Shown in pieces: positions 23,592 through 36,260 of a stretch of 64,000 bases of DNA. Under the pieces are notes generated by a model, which saw nothing but the letters and a program-made list of their open reading frames with translations, ran no database searches and had not been told where the DNA came from. Source of the DNA: Octopus sinensis (lineage: Eukaryota); the NCBI RefSeq assembly GCF_006345805.1, contig NC_043018.1:8122001-8186000 (forward strand), given 5' to 3'. Each line of letters begins with the position of its first letter. The stretch's first letter is position 1. A program made the position numbers and the translations under genes.

Positions 23592-24058
23592 TACTAAAGG
23601 AAAGAAGGAAAAAAGAAAATACAATTTTCCTATCCAGAGCTAGTAAAAGCATCACCTTGTGTGCTATCTAGAGCATCATCATCAACCCTATCTCACGATG
23701 AAGGAAAATAAGTAAAATCTTTATCTCTGTATAAATCTTCCATTTGCTTGATAAGGGCTGCTTCTGCTTAAGTACATTACAAGAAGTAGGTACTTGGGCA
23801 TTAATTGATGATGTAAACTTTTCGAAAACATCAATTGACGATGTCCACTGTTTAAGTGTTAATAGTGAGGCATGGAGATATATAAAGACTATTTCTAACC
23901 CCAAATTTACAACATTGTGGTTGTTAAGCATGTAGTGTGATTTGAGGGAGATATGGGTTTTAGTCAAACAAGTGGGGCAACCATTATACACTAGAGAAAT
24001 GGCTCTCAACCAGGGTCCATAAGAGATTGTTATTAAAATTTATGTGCGATAAACAATA

Positions 24059-25099
24059 GGTGCAGGAGTGGCTGTGTGGTAAGTAGCTTGCTTACCAACC
24101 ACATGGTTCCGGGTTCAGTCCCACTGCGCAGCACCTTGGGCAAGTGTCTTCTACTATAGCCTCGGGCCAACCAAAGCCTTGTGAGTGGATTTAATAGATG
24201 GAAACTGAAAGTAGCCTGTCATATATATATATATGTGTGTTTGTCCTTCCACCATCACTTGACAACCGGTGCTGGTGTGTTTACATTCCCATAATTTAGC
24301 AGTTCGGCAAAAGAGACCAATAGAATAAGTACTAGGCTTAGAAAGAATAATTCCTGGGGTCAATTTGCTCGACTAAAGGCAGTGCTCCAGCATGGCTGCA
24401 GTCAAATGACTGAAACAAGTAAAAGAGTAATAAACTGGTTATATTTCTACGATACACAAAATGTTAATTTTTTTTTATACAATTCCTAATAATATTTCAT
24501 CATAAAAAAAGGATTTTTTTAATAAACTGAATAGTTATTGATAAATAGGAATCAAAGGAGTCCATAGGCAAAAAACTGGTTGAGAAACACTGCAGCACTA
24601 AGAGGCTCCTAATAGGTCCACGTGTTCAGTATGGTGGCCCACCACACAGAGAGGAGTGAACCCATTAAATTTTCTTGACTCAGAAAGTTGACATTTTATA
24701 AATATGGCTGTGACATCATCAGCATCATCTGTTTAATACTCTTTTACCCGTTTCAGTCATTTGACTGCGGCCATGCTGGAGCACCGCCTTTAGTCGAGCA
24801 ACTCGACCCCGGGACTTATTCTTTTGTAAGCCTAGTACTTATTCTATCGGTCTCTTTTGCCGAACCACTAAGTAACGGGGACATAAACACACCAGCATCG
24901 GTAGACACACAAACACAAACACGCATATATATATATATACGACGGGCTTCTTTCAGTTTCCATCTACCAAATCCACTCACAAGGCTTTGGTCGGCCCGAG
25001 GCTATAGTAGAAGACACTTGCCTTAGGTGCCACGCAGTGGGACTGAACCCGGAGCCATGTGGTTGGTAAGCAAGCTACTTACCACACAGCCACTCCTAC
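24059..25099. mobile_element. SINE family A pair: 24059-24428 (+, nested in a degenerate hAT MITE) and 24739-25099 (-)
   Basis: Mutual alignment. Confidence 0.8.
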
Positions 25100-27120
25100 A
25101 CCCACTTTTCCATGTTCAAATGGATTGGATGGAATTTTGTTGAAGATTTTTCTACAGCCAAATGCACTTCCTGGCACCCACTCTTACCGGTTTCAAGGCA
25201 AAGTAATATTTCCCCATGACCAGACATGTTTTTATGGAATACTGACAATGAAGGACACTGCTTGCATGGTGGTCACACTCATTTACAAATACTATGCAAT
25301 GTCACCCCAAGGAGACAGTAACACACACACACACACACATGATTGGCTTCTTTCAGTTTCTCTCTACAAATTCACTCACAAGCCTTTGGTCAGCTCAGAG
25401 CTATAGTAGAACACTCTATATATAGCCTAGAGATCGACTTTGCCTTTCATCCTTTCGAGGTCGATAAATTAAGTACCAGTTATGCACTGGGGTCGATGTA
25501 ATCGACTTAATCCGTTTGTCTGTCCCCTCTGTGTTTAGCCCCTTGTGGGTAGTAAAGAAATATATTTACTAGTGTCATTATTTTATATCAGAATTTAACT
25601 GGGGTGGGGGAACTAGGGAGCAACTTAGATATGTTGCAAAGCTAAAACTTTGAAGGGAAAAAAAACTTGTACCAAGATTTAAAACTAAATTTAGGGTGCA
25701 ATACAAAAACGAGTGGATACAGTATATTACAAAAATAGAATGAAACAAGAACGTCATCTACAAATGGTTAAGTTTCTGAGAAAGAATTGAAACCTTGTTT
25801 GCAAAAGGAGTCTGTTATGGTCGATGATTTTTGAGACCAAGAAATGAAAGTGCTATCTATTAGGATTTAGATTTCAATTTTTTATAGTTATGGAGGGGAA
25901 AAAGTTAAGTTTGCTAGGGTTAGGTTTGAACTGAGAATATTAAGGGACTGCAATCTTCAATGAGAGAAAAGGGACGAAGTTAAAACCAAATTCGAAACCC
26001 TTATAAAATATTCCGTACAGTAAGTGACAAGCCCAAGAAAAATATGTACCCTAAAGATAGATTCAAAGAACTGACGTTCATGTTTTACTGAAATATAATT
26101 TTGAAAAAGTATGTGTAAATTATAAACAGGCCTAAAGTTGTTCATACCAGAATGAAATTTTAAACTCAAATATTTCACAATTAAGAAATATACATTTTCT
26201 AAATAACGCAATTAATCGATTTTCTCTATCTTCACTTTAATTAATCAACATTTAAATATTTGACTGTCAGGAGTAAGAATATTTTTAATAATTCTGAAAT
26301 GTGCTGTCCCATATAGGTTCTGTATTAATTTAAAAATTAACATGTCGATAAAGAACTTCTAATTTTGTGCAATATGAGGGCTTTAACAGGTGTGTGAGTG
26401 TGTATCCGTTTAGTATTGACTGTCGGAACAAATAGTACTCAATACCATAGCAGAGATTTAATAATATATTTTATTTTAGTCGAATCAGTCTCTGGTTACT
26501 CTGAGTTTCTCCCTGTGGGTACTGTGGGTCCTCAGGCAAGTTAATACTGAAGACCCTACGCACCTGCAAGACTAAAATATAATATCAACGTATATATTCT
26601 TTCTAAGTTGATTTACATTCGTTCCGACGAGGAAGAAATGAAATTCTGAGAAGCGACGGACTAATTACCTCTTGCATGAAATACACATTCTGATTGTTTG
26701 TATATCCAAACGTACATGTGTGAGTGTCCGTGTTTTAATAAGTAATTTTTTTAGACATTTTAAAACATAGTTATATAAAGCGCAATAAATATTTTAGCTG
26801 CGGCTCTTTACGTTCTAAGTTCAAATCCCGCCACTCAGAATGTCAACATAATATATTTATATCAAGACGAATACAAGTACTGTCTGTGGAATCTTTATGA
26901 ATAAAAGTATACCAGAAGGATTTTGGACCTCAACATGCTTTTTGTTCAGGTTTTTTATTCCAAATAACAAAACCAGTCCTTGTGCCTATTTTAATATAAT
27001 CCTGTTCTCATAGGAAAACATGCTAACGTTTATGATACAGTTCTTTATATTAATTTCAAAATATTCGTTCTACATGAGGAGTTGGCTGTGGCACAATACA
27101 TTGTAAAAACACACACACTA

Positions 27121-27866
27121 GTTTATAGTGTATATGTTGTATATATAGTTTATAGTATATATGTTGTATATATAGTTTATAGTATATATGTTGTATATAT
27201 AGTTTATAGTATATATGTTGTATATATAGTTTATAGTATATATAGTTTATAGCATATATGTTGTATATATAGTTTATAGTATATATGTTGTATATATAGT
27301 TTATAGTATATATGTTGTATATATAGTTTATAGCATATATGTTGTATATATAGTTTATAGTATATATGTTGTATATATAGTTTATAGTATATATGTTGTA
27401 TATATAGTTTATAGTATATATAGTTTATAGCATATATGTTGTATATATAGTTTATAGTATATATGTTGTATATATAGTTTATAGTATATATGTTGTATAT
27501 ATAGTTTATAGTATATATAGTTTATAGCATATATGTTGTATATATAGTTTATAGTATATATGTTGTATATATAGTTTATAGTATATATGTTGTATATATA
27601 GTTTATAGTATATATGTTGTATATATAGTTTATAGTATATATAGTTTATAGCATATATGTTGTATATATAGTTTATAGTATATATGTTGTATATATAGTT
27701 TATAGTATATATGTTGTATATATAGTTTATAGCATATATGTTGTATATATAGTTTATAGTATATATGTTGTATATATAGTTTATAGTATATATGTTGTAT
27801 ATATAGTTTATAGTATATATAGTTTATAGCATATATGTTGTATATATAGTTTATAGTATATATGTT
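27121..27866. repeat. AT-rich minisatellite, 27-bp unit gtttatagtatatatgttgtatatata with 16-bp truncated variants
   Basis: Read directly from the sequence. Confidence 0.95.
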
Positions 27867-28279
27867 GTGGTGCACCTGAGCACTGTATACAATAATTTCA
27901 TTATTATTATTATATATAGTTTTCAGTAATAAATTACAATTATACATTCATTTACTAGTGAAAACATTCACTACTAATTACGTACGCAGTGGTTGTATGT
28001 AAATTAATTAAGGTGTATTAAAACAGTCCGGTTAGCAGACCGAAGCTTCGAAGTCACTGTCTACATGTAAAAAAAACTATGTACTCTACAAAGAAGGACT
28101 GAGTATGTCTTGGCTTTAATGTTAAATTGTTTTTATTGTAATCCAACAGAACGAAAGTCGCAGAAAGGAGACCTGGTCGCTGCGACTTCGTATCGAGGTT
28201 TTATTCAATAAATATAAACCAACTAATTTGTTTTGTTTGTTTTATATGAATATATGTACGTAAGCGTGTACGAACTTAC

Positions 28280-28325
28280 TGTCTATTTCTTCGACCAAAC
28301 TAGCAGTTCCGGGCAGATAAGACAT
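28280..28325 (-). CDS. LSM1: LSM1 exon 1 (46 nt coding)
   Basis: ATG at 28325 gives MSYLPGTASLVEEID followed by a GTAAGT donor. This is the typical LSm1 N-terminus. Confidence 0.95.
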
Positions 28326-28510
28326 CTCTAAATAGAGAAAAGCCGATGATGTCGCCGCGGCTGTTTCTTCAGCCTCCGCCGTCCTCTTCTCCGCAACAAC
28401 TGAGTCGGTGCCCGGCCCGCGAACGCACCGCCACCTACTGACATCTTTCAGAACTAGCATTCTCACAACGTCACACTAATTATCCCCCTTAGACGTTTCC
28501 CGTTTCAATT
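28326..28510 (-). promoter_or_regulatory. GC-rich 5' UTR / proximal promoter of LSM1
   Basis: Non-repetitive, CpG-containing GC-rich stretch directly 5' of the LSM1 ATG in otherwise AT-rich DNA. Confidence 0.6.
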
Positions 28511-28516
28511 TATAGC

Positions 28517-29030
28517 TTCTTCTTCTTCTTCTTCTTCATCCCTCCTCATACGCCTCCTCTTTCCTCATCTCTTTCCTTCTCTCTCTTTCCTCTCTCTCTT
28601 CCCTTCTCTCTTTCCTCCTCTCTCTTCCTCTCTCTTCTCTCCTCTCTCTCTCCCTTCTCTCTCTTCCTCTCTCTCTTCCCTTCTCTCTCTTCCCTCCTCT
28701 CTCTTCCCTCCTCTCTCTTCTCTTCTCTCTCTCTTCCCTTCTCTCTCTTCCCTTCTCTCTCTCCACTTCTCTCTCTCTTCCCTTCTCTCTCTTCCCTCTC
28801 TCTCTCCCTTCTCTCTCTCTCCCTTCTCTCTCTCCCCTTCTCTCTCTCTCCCCTTCTCTCTCTCTCCCTTCTCTCTTCTCTCTTCCCTTCTCTCTCTCCA
28901 CTTCTCTCTCTCTTCCCTTCTCTCTCTTCCCTTCTCTCTCTCCACTTCTCTCTCTCCACTTCTCTCTCTCTTCCCTTCTCTTTCTTCCCTCCTCTCTCTT
29001 CCCTTCTCTCTCTCCTCTCTCCCTCCTTTT
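28517..29030. repeat. About 500-bp polypyrimidine (CT-rich) tract upstream of LSM1
   Basis: Read directly from the sequence. Confidence 0.95.
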
Positions 29031-29150
29031 GCCATTGCTGCTGTTGAATTTTATTACTGCAGTTATTGTGCATTTTTAGCCCTAGGTCAGACCTGTTCAA
29101 CAGACTGATGATCGATAGTGTTACCCCAATTATTATTATTATCATTCTTC

Positions 29151-29187
<37 letters not shown>

Positions 29188-29195
29188 TGGTAGTG

Positions 29196-29236
<41 letters not shown>

Positions 29237-29301
29237 GGTGGTAGTAGTAGTAGTAGTAGTTTGATCTGAGGAAGAAGAAAAGATGCCTTTAGTATTTTGT
29301 T

Positions 29302-29344
<43 letters not shown>

Positions 29345-30392
29345 GGAGAGAGGATGACAGAAGGTTCTGCCTGGAACTTTTAGTCCTCTCTTCATCATGT
29401 TGGTATGATGTACACATTGAATAATGTACATAAAAGTACATTATTTAATATATTCTTTTTTAAAACAGTAGAATGTGATATAAAGGTAATTTTGGCTGAG
29501 AGTTTCCAGCAGATTCTGTGTCTCCATAAAGGCTCCCCATTGGCTCCAGTAACAAATGCAGTACAGTGTGTAAAGAAGGAATGTAATAGTGCATAGCAGT
29601 GTAGCATAACAGAGTGTTTTGTAGTGTAGTTATGATGTAGTGTATTGTAATATGTCATGAATTGTAGTGTTGTGTAGAATAATATGTAGCATAGTGTGTA
29701 GTCTAATGAAGTATGGTTTAAAGAAGTGTAATGTGGTAGAGTGAAGTAAGGTAGTAAGATGGCAGAATCATTAGCACACTTAGCAGTATTGCATTCATCT
29801 TTACTTTCTGTGTTCAAATTCTGTCAAGGTCGACTTATTTCATTAACCCTTTCGGGTTTAATGAATAAATATCATTTGAGCACTCCTCTGAAATTGCTGG
29901 CCTTGTGCCAAAATTTGAAACCAGTATTGTACTGTGAAGTCTTGTGTACTGAAGTATAATATAATGTACCAAAGTCCAAGGAAATTTAGTGTAGTGCAGT
30001 GGCTCTTAACCTTCTTTTCTTTTTTTTTGTAGTGCCCCTTTTTAACCCTTTTGATACCAACCCGGCTGAAACCGGTTCTGGCTCTCATTACAAATGTCTT
30101 GTTTTCATAAGTTTTGAATTAAAATCTTCTACCAAACCTTAGTCACAATTTATACTCGTTTACTCTTTTACTCATTTCAGTCATTTGACTGCGGTCATGC
30201 TGGAGCACCGCCTTTTAGTTGAGCAAATTGACCCCAGGACTTATTCTTTGTAAGCCCAGTACTTATTCTATCGGTCTCTTTTGCCGAACTGCTAAGTAAC
30301 GGGGACGTAAACATACCAGCATCGGTTGTCAAGCGATGTTGGGGGGAGAAATACAGACACACAAACACACACACATATATATATACATATAA

Positions 30393-30442
<50 letters not shown>

Positions 30443-31577
30443 GACAGGCTTCTTTCAGTTTCCGTCTACCAAATCCACTCACAAGGCTTTGCTCGGCCCG
30501 AGGCTATAGTAGAAGACACTTTCCCAAGGTGCCACGAAGTGGGACTGAACCCAAAACTGTGTGGTTGGTAAGCAAGCTACTTACCACACAGCCACTCCTG
30601 TGCCTATGGCCACTCCTAATTATATTCCTAATGATAACTAATTTATGTTCCTTAATGATAACCAAGTTATTTTACTAAATTCTTTGTTATATTTAAATTT
30701 AATTGAAAGACACACAGAGCATCTCAAAATAAATACGGTAACGAAAGGGTTAAGTAGTTGTTATGCCTATCACCCACCTAAATGGCTGGTGAGATATCAT
30801 GACTAAACTAACTTAACAGGGATGATAAGTTCTAAAAATTACTCCAATGGAGATCACAATATATGAAGAAAACGAGCAAGACTGCATGGCTAAAAGTTAC
30901 CATTCAAGACAGACAACATTAAAAATGAATCATTCTTGTTCAAACACGTCTTTAGCCACGATATATACTTAATGACCATTACTAGTTTTATCATGTATAA
31001 TATAATTACTACTATAAGTAAAATTTAGTATGTTAATTATGTTACCTCACTCCCACCACCAACCTCTAAAGTCTAATGTCCCCTTTGACATGCCCAGTGC
31101 CACCAACTTTGACATGGCAGTACCACCAATTTTGAGAACTTTTGATGTTGTGTAATAGTGATTTAGTGTAGTATGAAATATGACTGTTTAGTTAAGAAGC
31201 TTGCTTCCCAACCATGTGTTTTGGTGTTTAGTCCCACCAGAGGGTACGTGTCTTCTACTATAATCCTTGGGCCGACCAAAGACCTATGAGTGGATTTGGT
31301 AAACAGAAACTGAAAGAAACCTGTTGTGTGTCATTATCGTTTTAGCATTCACTTTTCCATGTCTGCAAGGACAGAATGGAATTTATTGCTGTGCATTTTC
31401 TATGGCCAGAAACCCTTCCTGTCACCAACCCTCACCTGTTTCCAAGTAAGGTAATATTTCCCTATGACCTGACATGTTTTTATGGAAGATTGGAAACAAA
31501 GGATACTGCTTGCATGACAATGATACTGCAATCAGGCAATGATTTGCAAAATTGTTAGATTGTCAAATTAGATATAA

Positions 31578-31890
31578 CTAGCAGTATCGCCCGGCGTTGC
31601 TCGGGTTTGTAAGGGAAATAACTATATAAGCATTTTTAATAATAAATTTTTAGAGAGTTACTTCCCTTATATATGCCAAAAATGCATTAAAAATGGGAAA
31701 AATTGATGGTAAATTTTTTTTAAAATCGTATACTCATTGTAGATGCGCACTAATACCCAGAAGGGCTCAATATGAATCCCGACTATAAGATACCCACTTT
31801 TGGTTAAACTGCACCGCAAAATGTGGGAGTAGTTAGGAATCTAAATCGTAGGAGACAGACAGCACACAACATCACTTTTATATATAAAGA
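31578..31890 (-). mobile_element. Non-autonomous Helitron (same family as 1600-1978)
   Basis: TC...CCCGAGCAACGCCGGGCGATACTGCTAG with an A/T insertion site. Confidence 0.82.
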
Positions 31891-32297
31891 TATAATAACA
31901 ATTTTGGTTCTCTGCATTATGAGCTTATATTGTGTCCTGGTGCCAGTAGCCAAAATTAATCACCTCACCATTGTAATAACCAATTCAACATGCAATTAAC
32001 CAGATTTAACAGATAGGGCCATAAACCCAAATAGATCAGCAGGAAACAGCATGTTTAGGTTTCCATTGTGTATGAACAGAAATATTATCTCCACAAGATA
32101 AATCAGTCACTTATCCCTAGCAGGATAGGTCGCCCTGCTAATGTTACTCAACAACTCGCAGCTCTTCCTTCATCAGGGAGCTTGTGGGTTGGGCAAGTGT
32201 CTTCTTTGGTTGGGTATTGGTCGGTCCTGGATTGATCAATGTCTTGTGAGTGAATTTGGTGGACTGAAACTGTGTGGAAGCCTATTGTGTGTGTGTG

Positions 32298-32338
<41 letters not shown>

Positions 32339-33249
32339 TAATAGTTTGCTTAGGCATAGCAATACTAATAGCCTGGTGAAATTCATAATTGTTTAATTCT
32401 TTGTCATTCTGATCTCCAATATACAATTCGAGATCTGAAATTTTTAGCAGGTGTAGACACATGGATAAATTTCTTTTATTGAATTGGAGGGCACCACCTG
32501 CTCCAGACTGAGTTGGTGCCTTGCAGACTTTGACAAATTCTCTGTTATTTTGTTCTAAACCAGTTGTATTTAATGAGCTTTCTGCAATCAGGGAGGACAA
32601 GGATCTTAGTTCTTGATTTCATTTCTTTTTCCTCATTCCATTTTTTGCACCAACCTTCTTCATGTTTTTTTTCCATGTTTTTTTCTTATTTTCTTACTGT
32701 CCAGCATCCTTGTCTTTTAAAAATATATTTATAACACATAAACAGAGCCTGAGAGATTGCTTTAAGATACATGGCATATCTTATTAATATGCCTGTTCAA
32801 GTATCATAATAGCATGAAACTATTGGTAGCTTTTTCGGTTGTGTATTTAATTTGATATTTGATATCTATTATATAAAACTCGTTCTGTCTGTCTGTGTGT
32901 GTCTTCTAGGATCTAGGGCATCCTCCATCCGATTGTGCTCAGATTTGATATGTAGATACCGACAGTATTAGGGCGTGTATAAGTCTTGAAAAAATTACAA
33001 AAATCGATTCCAGGTGAGAATGCGATCAATAAAGCCATGGGAATGTGCATTTGTACATGCAAGTACATCAGCTGTTTCGATCGATACTACACATATATGA
33101 GAAAAATGCACGTGCAGTTTGCGCCAAAAAAGCTGGCTGGCTTGAAATAATGCCACAAAATGGGATGGTTGAACAAGTTGTTTTGAGAAAATTTGGTTTA
33201 AATGTTTGACAACCCAGCACTGTTCATTGGACGGAAGGGGGGCGTTTTG

Positions 33250-33490
33250 CTCGTATATATATATTCAAAATGTGACCGCGTGTGTACCGTTGGCGATTTT
33301 TTTCCTCTGTCTCCCCTTCTCTGGATCTTTCCTTTTCCTATGTTTCTGACGAAGAGCTCTGCTCGAAATGTTATACCTCCTTCTTCTCTTCCTTCCTGAG
33401 CGTCCAATAATACTATATTTGTTCCACGTCCTAGCGTTGTTGTGTTTTCTCTTTGTGTTTTCATGTTTGGATTAACTTTATATATATATC
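33250..33490 (+). mobile_element. Penelope-like terminal fragment with hammerhead-like core (second copy at about 58470-58700, -)
   Basis: CTGACGA-agagc tct gctc-GAAA at 33346-33368; the two copies align. Confidence 0.55.
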
Positions 33491-33789
33491 ATGGTATTGA
33501 CCAGCCTATTGGATGTTGTTATACACCACTGGTCACAATGCGCTTCCTCACATTGTTGTAGCCTTCAAATGATTCCACTCCACTGGTTAAGTGGGTAGGC
33601 CAACATTCCTTCTGAATGGGACTCCAGTCCATTACAGCATCATCCATTTACAGTGCAGTGGACTGGAACAGCATGAAATGAAGTGTTTTGTTCAAGAACT
33701 CAATGCATCACCCAGTCGAGGAATTGAAACCAGAATCTTACAATTTATGTGTACAACACCCTAACTACTGGGCCACATGCCATCACACA

Positions 33790-33921
33790 CACACACACAT
33801 ACCAAGCTTTACATACACACACACACACACACACACATACACACAAACACACACACATACCAAGCTTTACATACATACACACACACACACATACACACAA
33901 ACACACACACATACCAAGCTT

Positions 33922-33954
<33 letters not shown>

Positions 33955-34094
33955 ACACACACACATACCAAGCTTTACATACACACAACACACACACATA
34001 CCAAGCTTTACATACATACACACACACACACATACACACAAACACACACACATACCAAGCTTTACATACACACACACACACACACATACCAAGC

Positions 34095-34131
<37 letters not shown>

Positions 34132-34215
34132 CAAGCTTTACACACACACACACACACACACATACACACAAACACACACACATACCAAGCTTTACATACA
34201 CACACACACACATAT
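33790..34215. repeat. Compound minisatellite [taccaagcttta(ca)n] x9
   Basis: Nine ccaagctt cores separated by CA runs. Confidence 0.9.
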
Positions 34216-35008
34216 GAGTGTATTTGTGTGTGTGTGTGCATGTGTGTGTGCATGTGTGTGTGTGTGTAAAGCCTGGTACTTATTTTATTAGTCTCTACTG
34301 TTGAACAGCTAAGTAAAGGGAGATGTCAACAAACCAACAGCAGAAGTCAAGCAGTGGAGGGAGACTAGCAGACACATATACATATTCACACACACACGCG
34401 CACACATGCACACACGCATGCACACACACACACAAATTCACACATATGCACACGCGTGTGTGTGTGGGTGTGTGCGCACATGTGTGTGTGTGTATGTATA
34501 TGTATATGTGTCTGCTTGTCTCCCTTCACTGCTTGACTTCTGCTGTTGGTCTGTTCACATCTCCCCTTACTTAGCTGTTCAACAGAAGAGATCAATAAAA
34601 TAAGTACCAGTCTTTACAAAAAAAAAACAAAAAAAAACCTAAATACAGGTGTTGAATTGTTTGACTAAACTAGCAGTTTCAAAACAGGGTCCATATGATC
34701 CTTGGTGGTGGGAGGTCCACATAATATTTTTTTATTAAAATTTACCTGCATTAAACTGGTCATATTTCTACAACACAAAATATTTTAACAATATTTATAC
34801 AACTCTCTAATAATATTTAATCATAAAAATATAAAAGGCATAGGAGTGGCTGTGATGGTAAGTAGCTTGCTTACCAACCACATGGTTCCAGGTTCAGTCC
34901 CACTGTGTGACACCTTGGGCAAGTGTCTTCTACTATAGCTTCGGGCCGACCAAGGCCTTGTGAGTGGATTTGGTAGACGGAAACTGAAAGAACCCCTTCA
35001 TATATATG

Positions 35009-35063
<55 letters not shown>

Positions 35064-35462
35064 TTATGTGTCTGTGTTCATCACCCCAACATCGCTTGAC
35101 AACCGATGCTGGTATGTTTACGTCCCTGTAACTTAGCGGTTCGGCAAAAGAGACCAATAGAATAAGTACTTCGCTTACAAAGAATAAGTCCTGGGGTCGA
35201 TTTGCTCGACTAAAAAGGCGGTGCTCCAGCATGGCCACAGTCAAATGACTGAAACAAGTAAAAGAGTAGAACAGTAAACGTTGATTAGCTCTCAGGGACC
35301 CTCTCCCCTGTGTAAAATAGGAATCAAAGGGGCCCATAGGCCAAAAATGGTTAAGAAGCGCTCGACTAAGCCCTTCAGGACAATGCACCATTCTGGTGCC
35401 AGACCAACGGCAGAAACCAGCGAAAGAGAAAGTAGAAGAGTATTTATGGAGTTGTTCTTTCT

Positions 35463-35497
<35 letters not shown>

Positions 35498-35679
35498 GTC
35501 TTTCACTCCTTCTCTTTCTCTCTCTCTATCTCTATCTGTCTTTTGCTCTCTGTCCCATTTACGCTCCTGTGCATGTTCTTCCTTTCAACTCTCCCCTCTC
35601 TCTTTATTTTTCTTTCTTTCTCTCTCTCTCTCCTCCTCTCCCACCACCACTTCTTCCTCCTCTTCACCACTACCACCAC

Positions 35680-35726
35680 CACTGACACTACCGCCACCAC
35701 TGCTGCTGATACCACCACCACACCAC

Positions 35727-35788
<62 letters not shown>

Positions 35789-36260
35789 TCATCATCACCA
35801 ACACCACCACCACCACCACCAACACCACCACCATCACCACCACCACCACCACAAACACCACCACCACCATCATCACCACTAACACCATCACCACCAACAC
35901 CACCACCACCACCATCACCTCCACCACCACCATCATCACCACTAACACCATCACCACCAACACCACCACCATCACCACCACCACAAACACCATCACCACC
36001 ATCATCATCACCACCACCGTCATCATCATTTCCTTTTCTCTTCCTTTCTGCATCGGTTTTCCTTATCTCCTTACTCTCCTCTGTCACTCAGTTTTTCTCC
36101 TTCCTCTTTTCTTTCCATTTCCTTTCTTCCCTGTCTCCCTCTTTCTCTCTCTCTCCCTCTCTCTCTCCCTCTCTCCCTCTCTCCCTCTCTCCCTCTCTCC
36201 CCCTCTCCCTCTCTCCCTCTCTCCCTCTCTCCCTCTCTCCCTCTCTCCCTCTCTCTCTCA
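35680..36260. repeat. (CAT)n/(CAC)n and (CTCTCTCC)n low-complexity arrays
   Basis: Read directly from the sequence. Confidence 0.9.

Noticed and set aside
26464-26585. Short AT-rich inverted repeat enclosing CTGAAGA (hammerhead candidate)
   Set aside because: No stem II followed by GAAA; the arms are low complexity.
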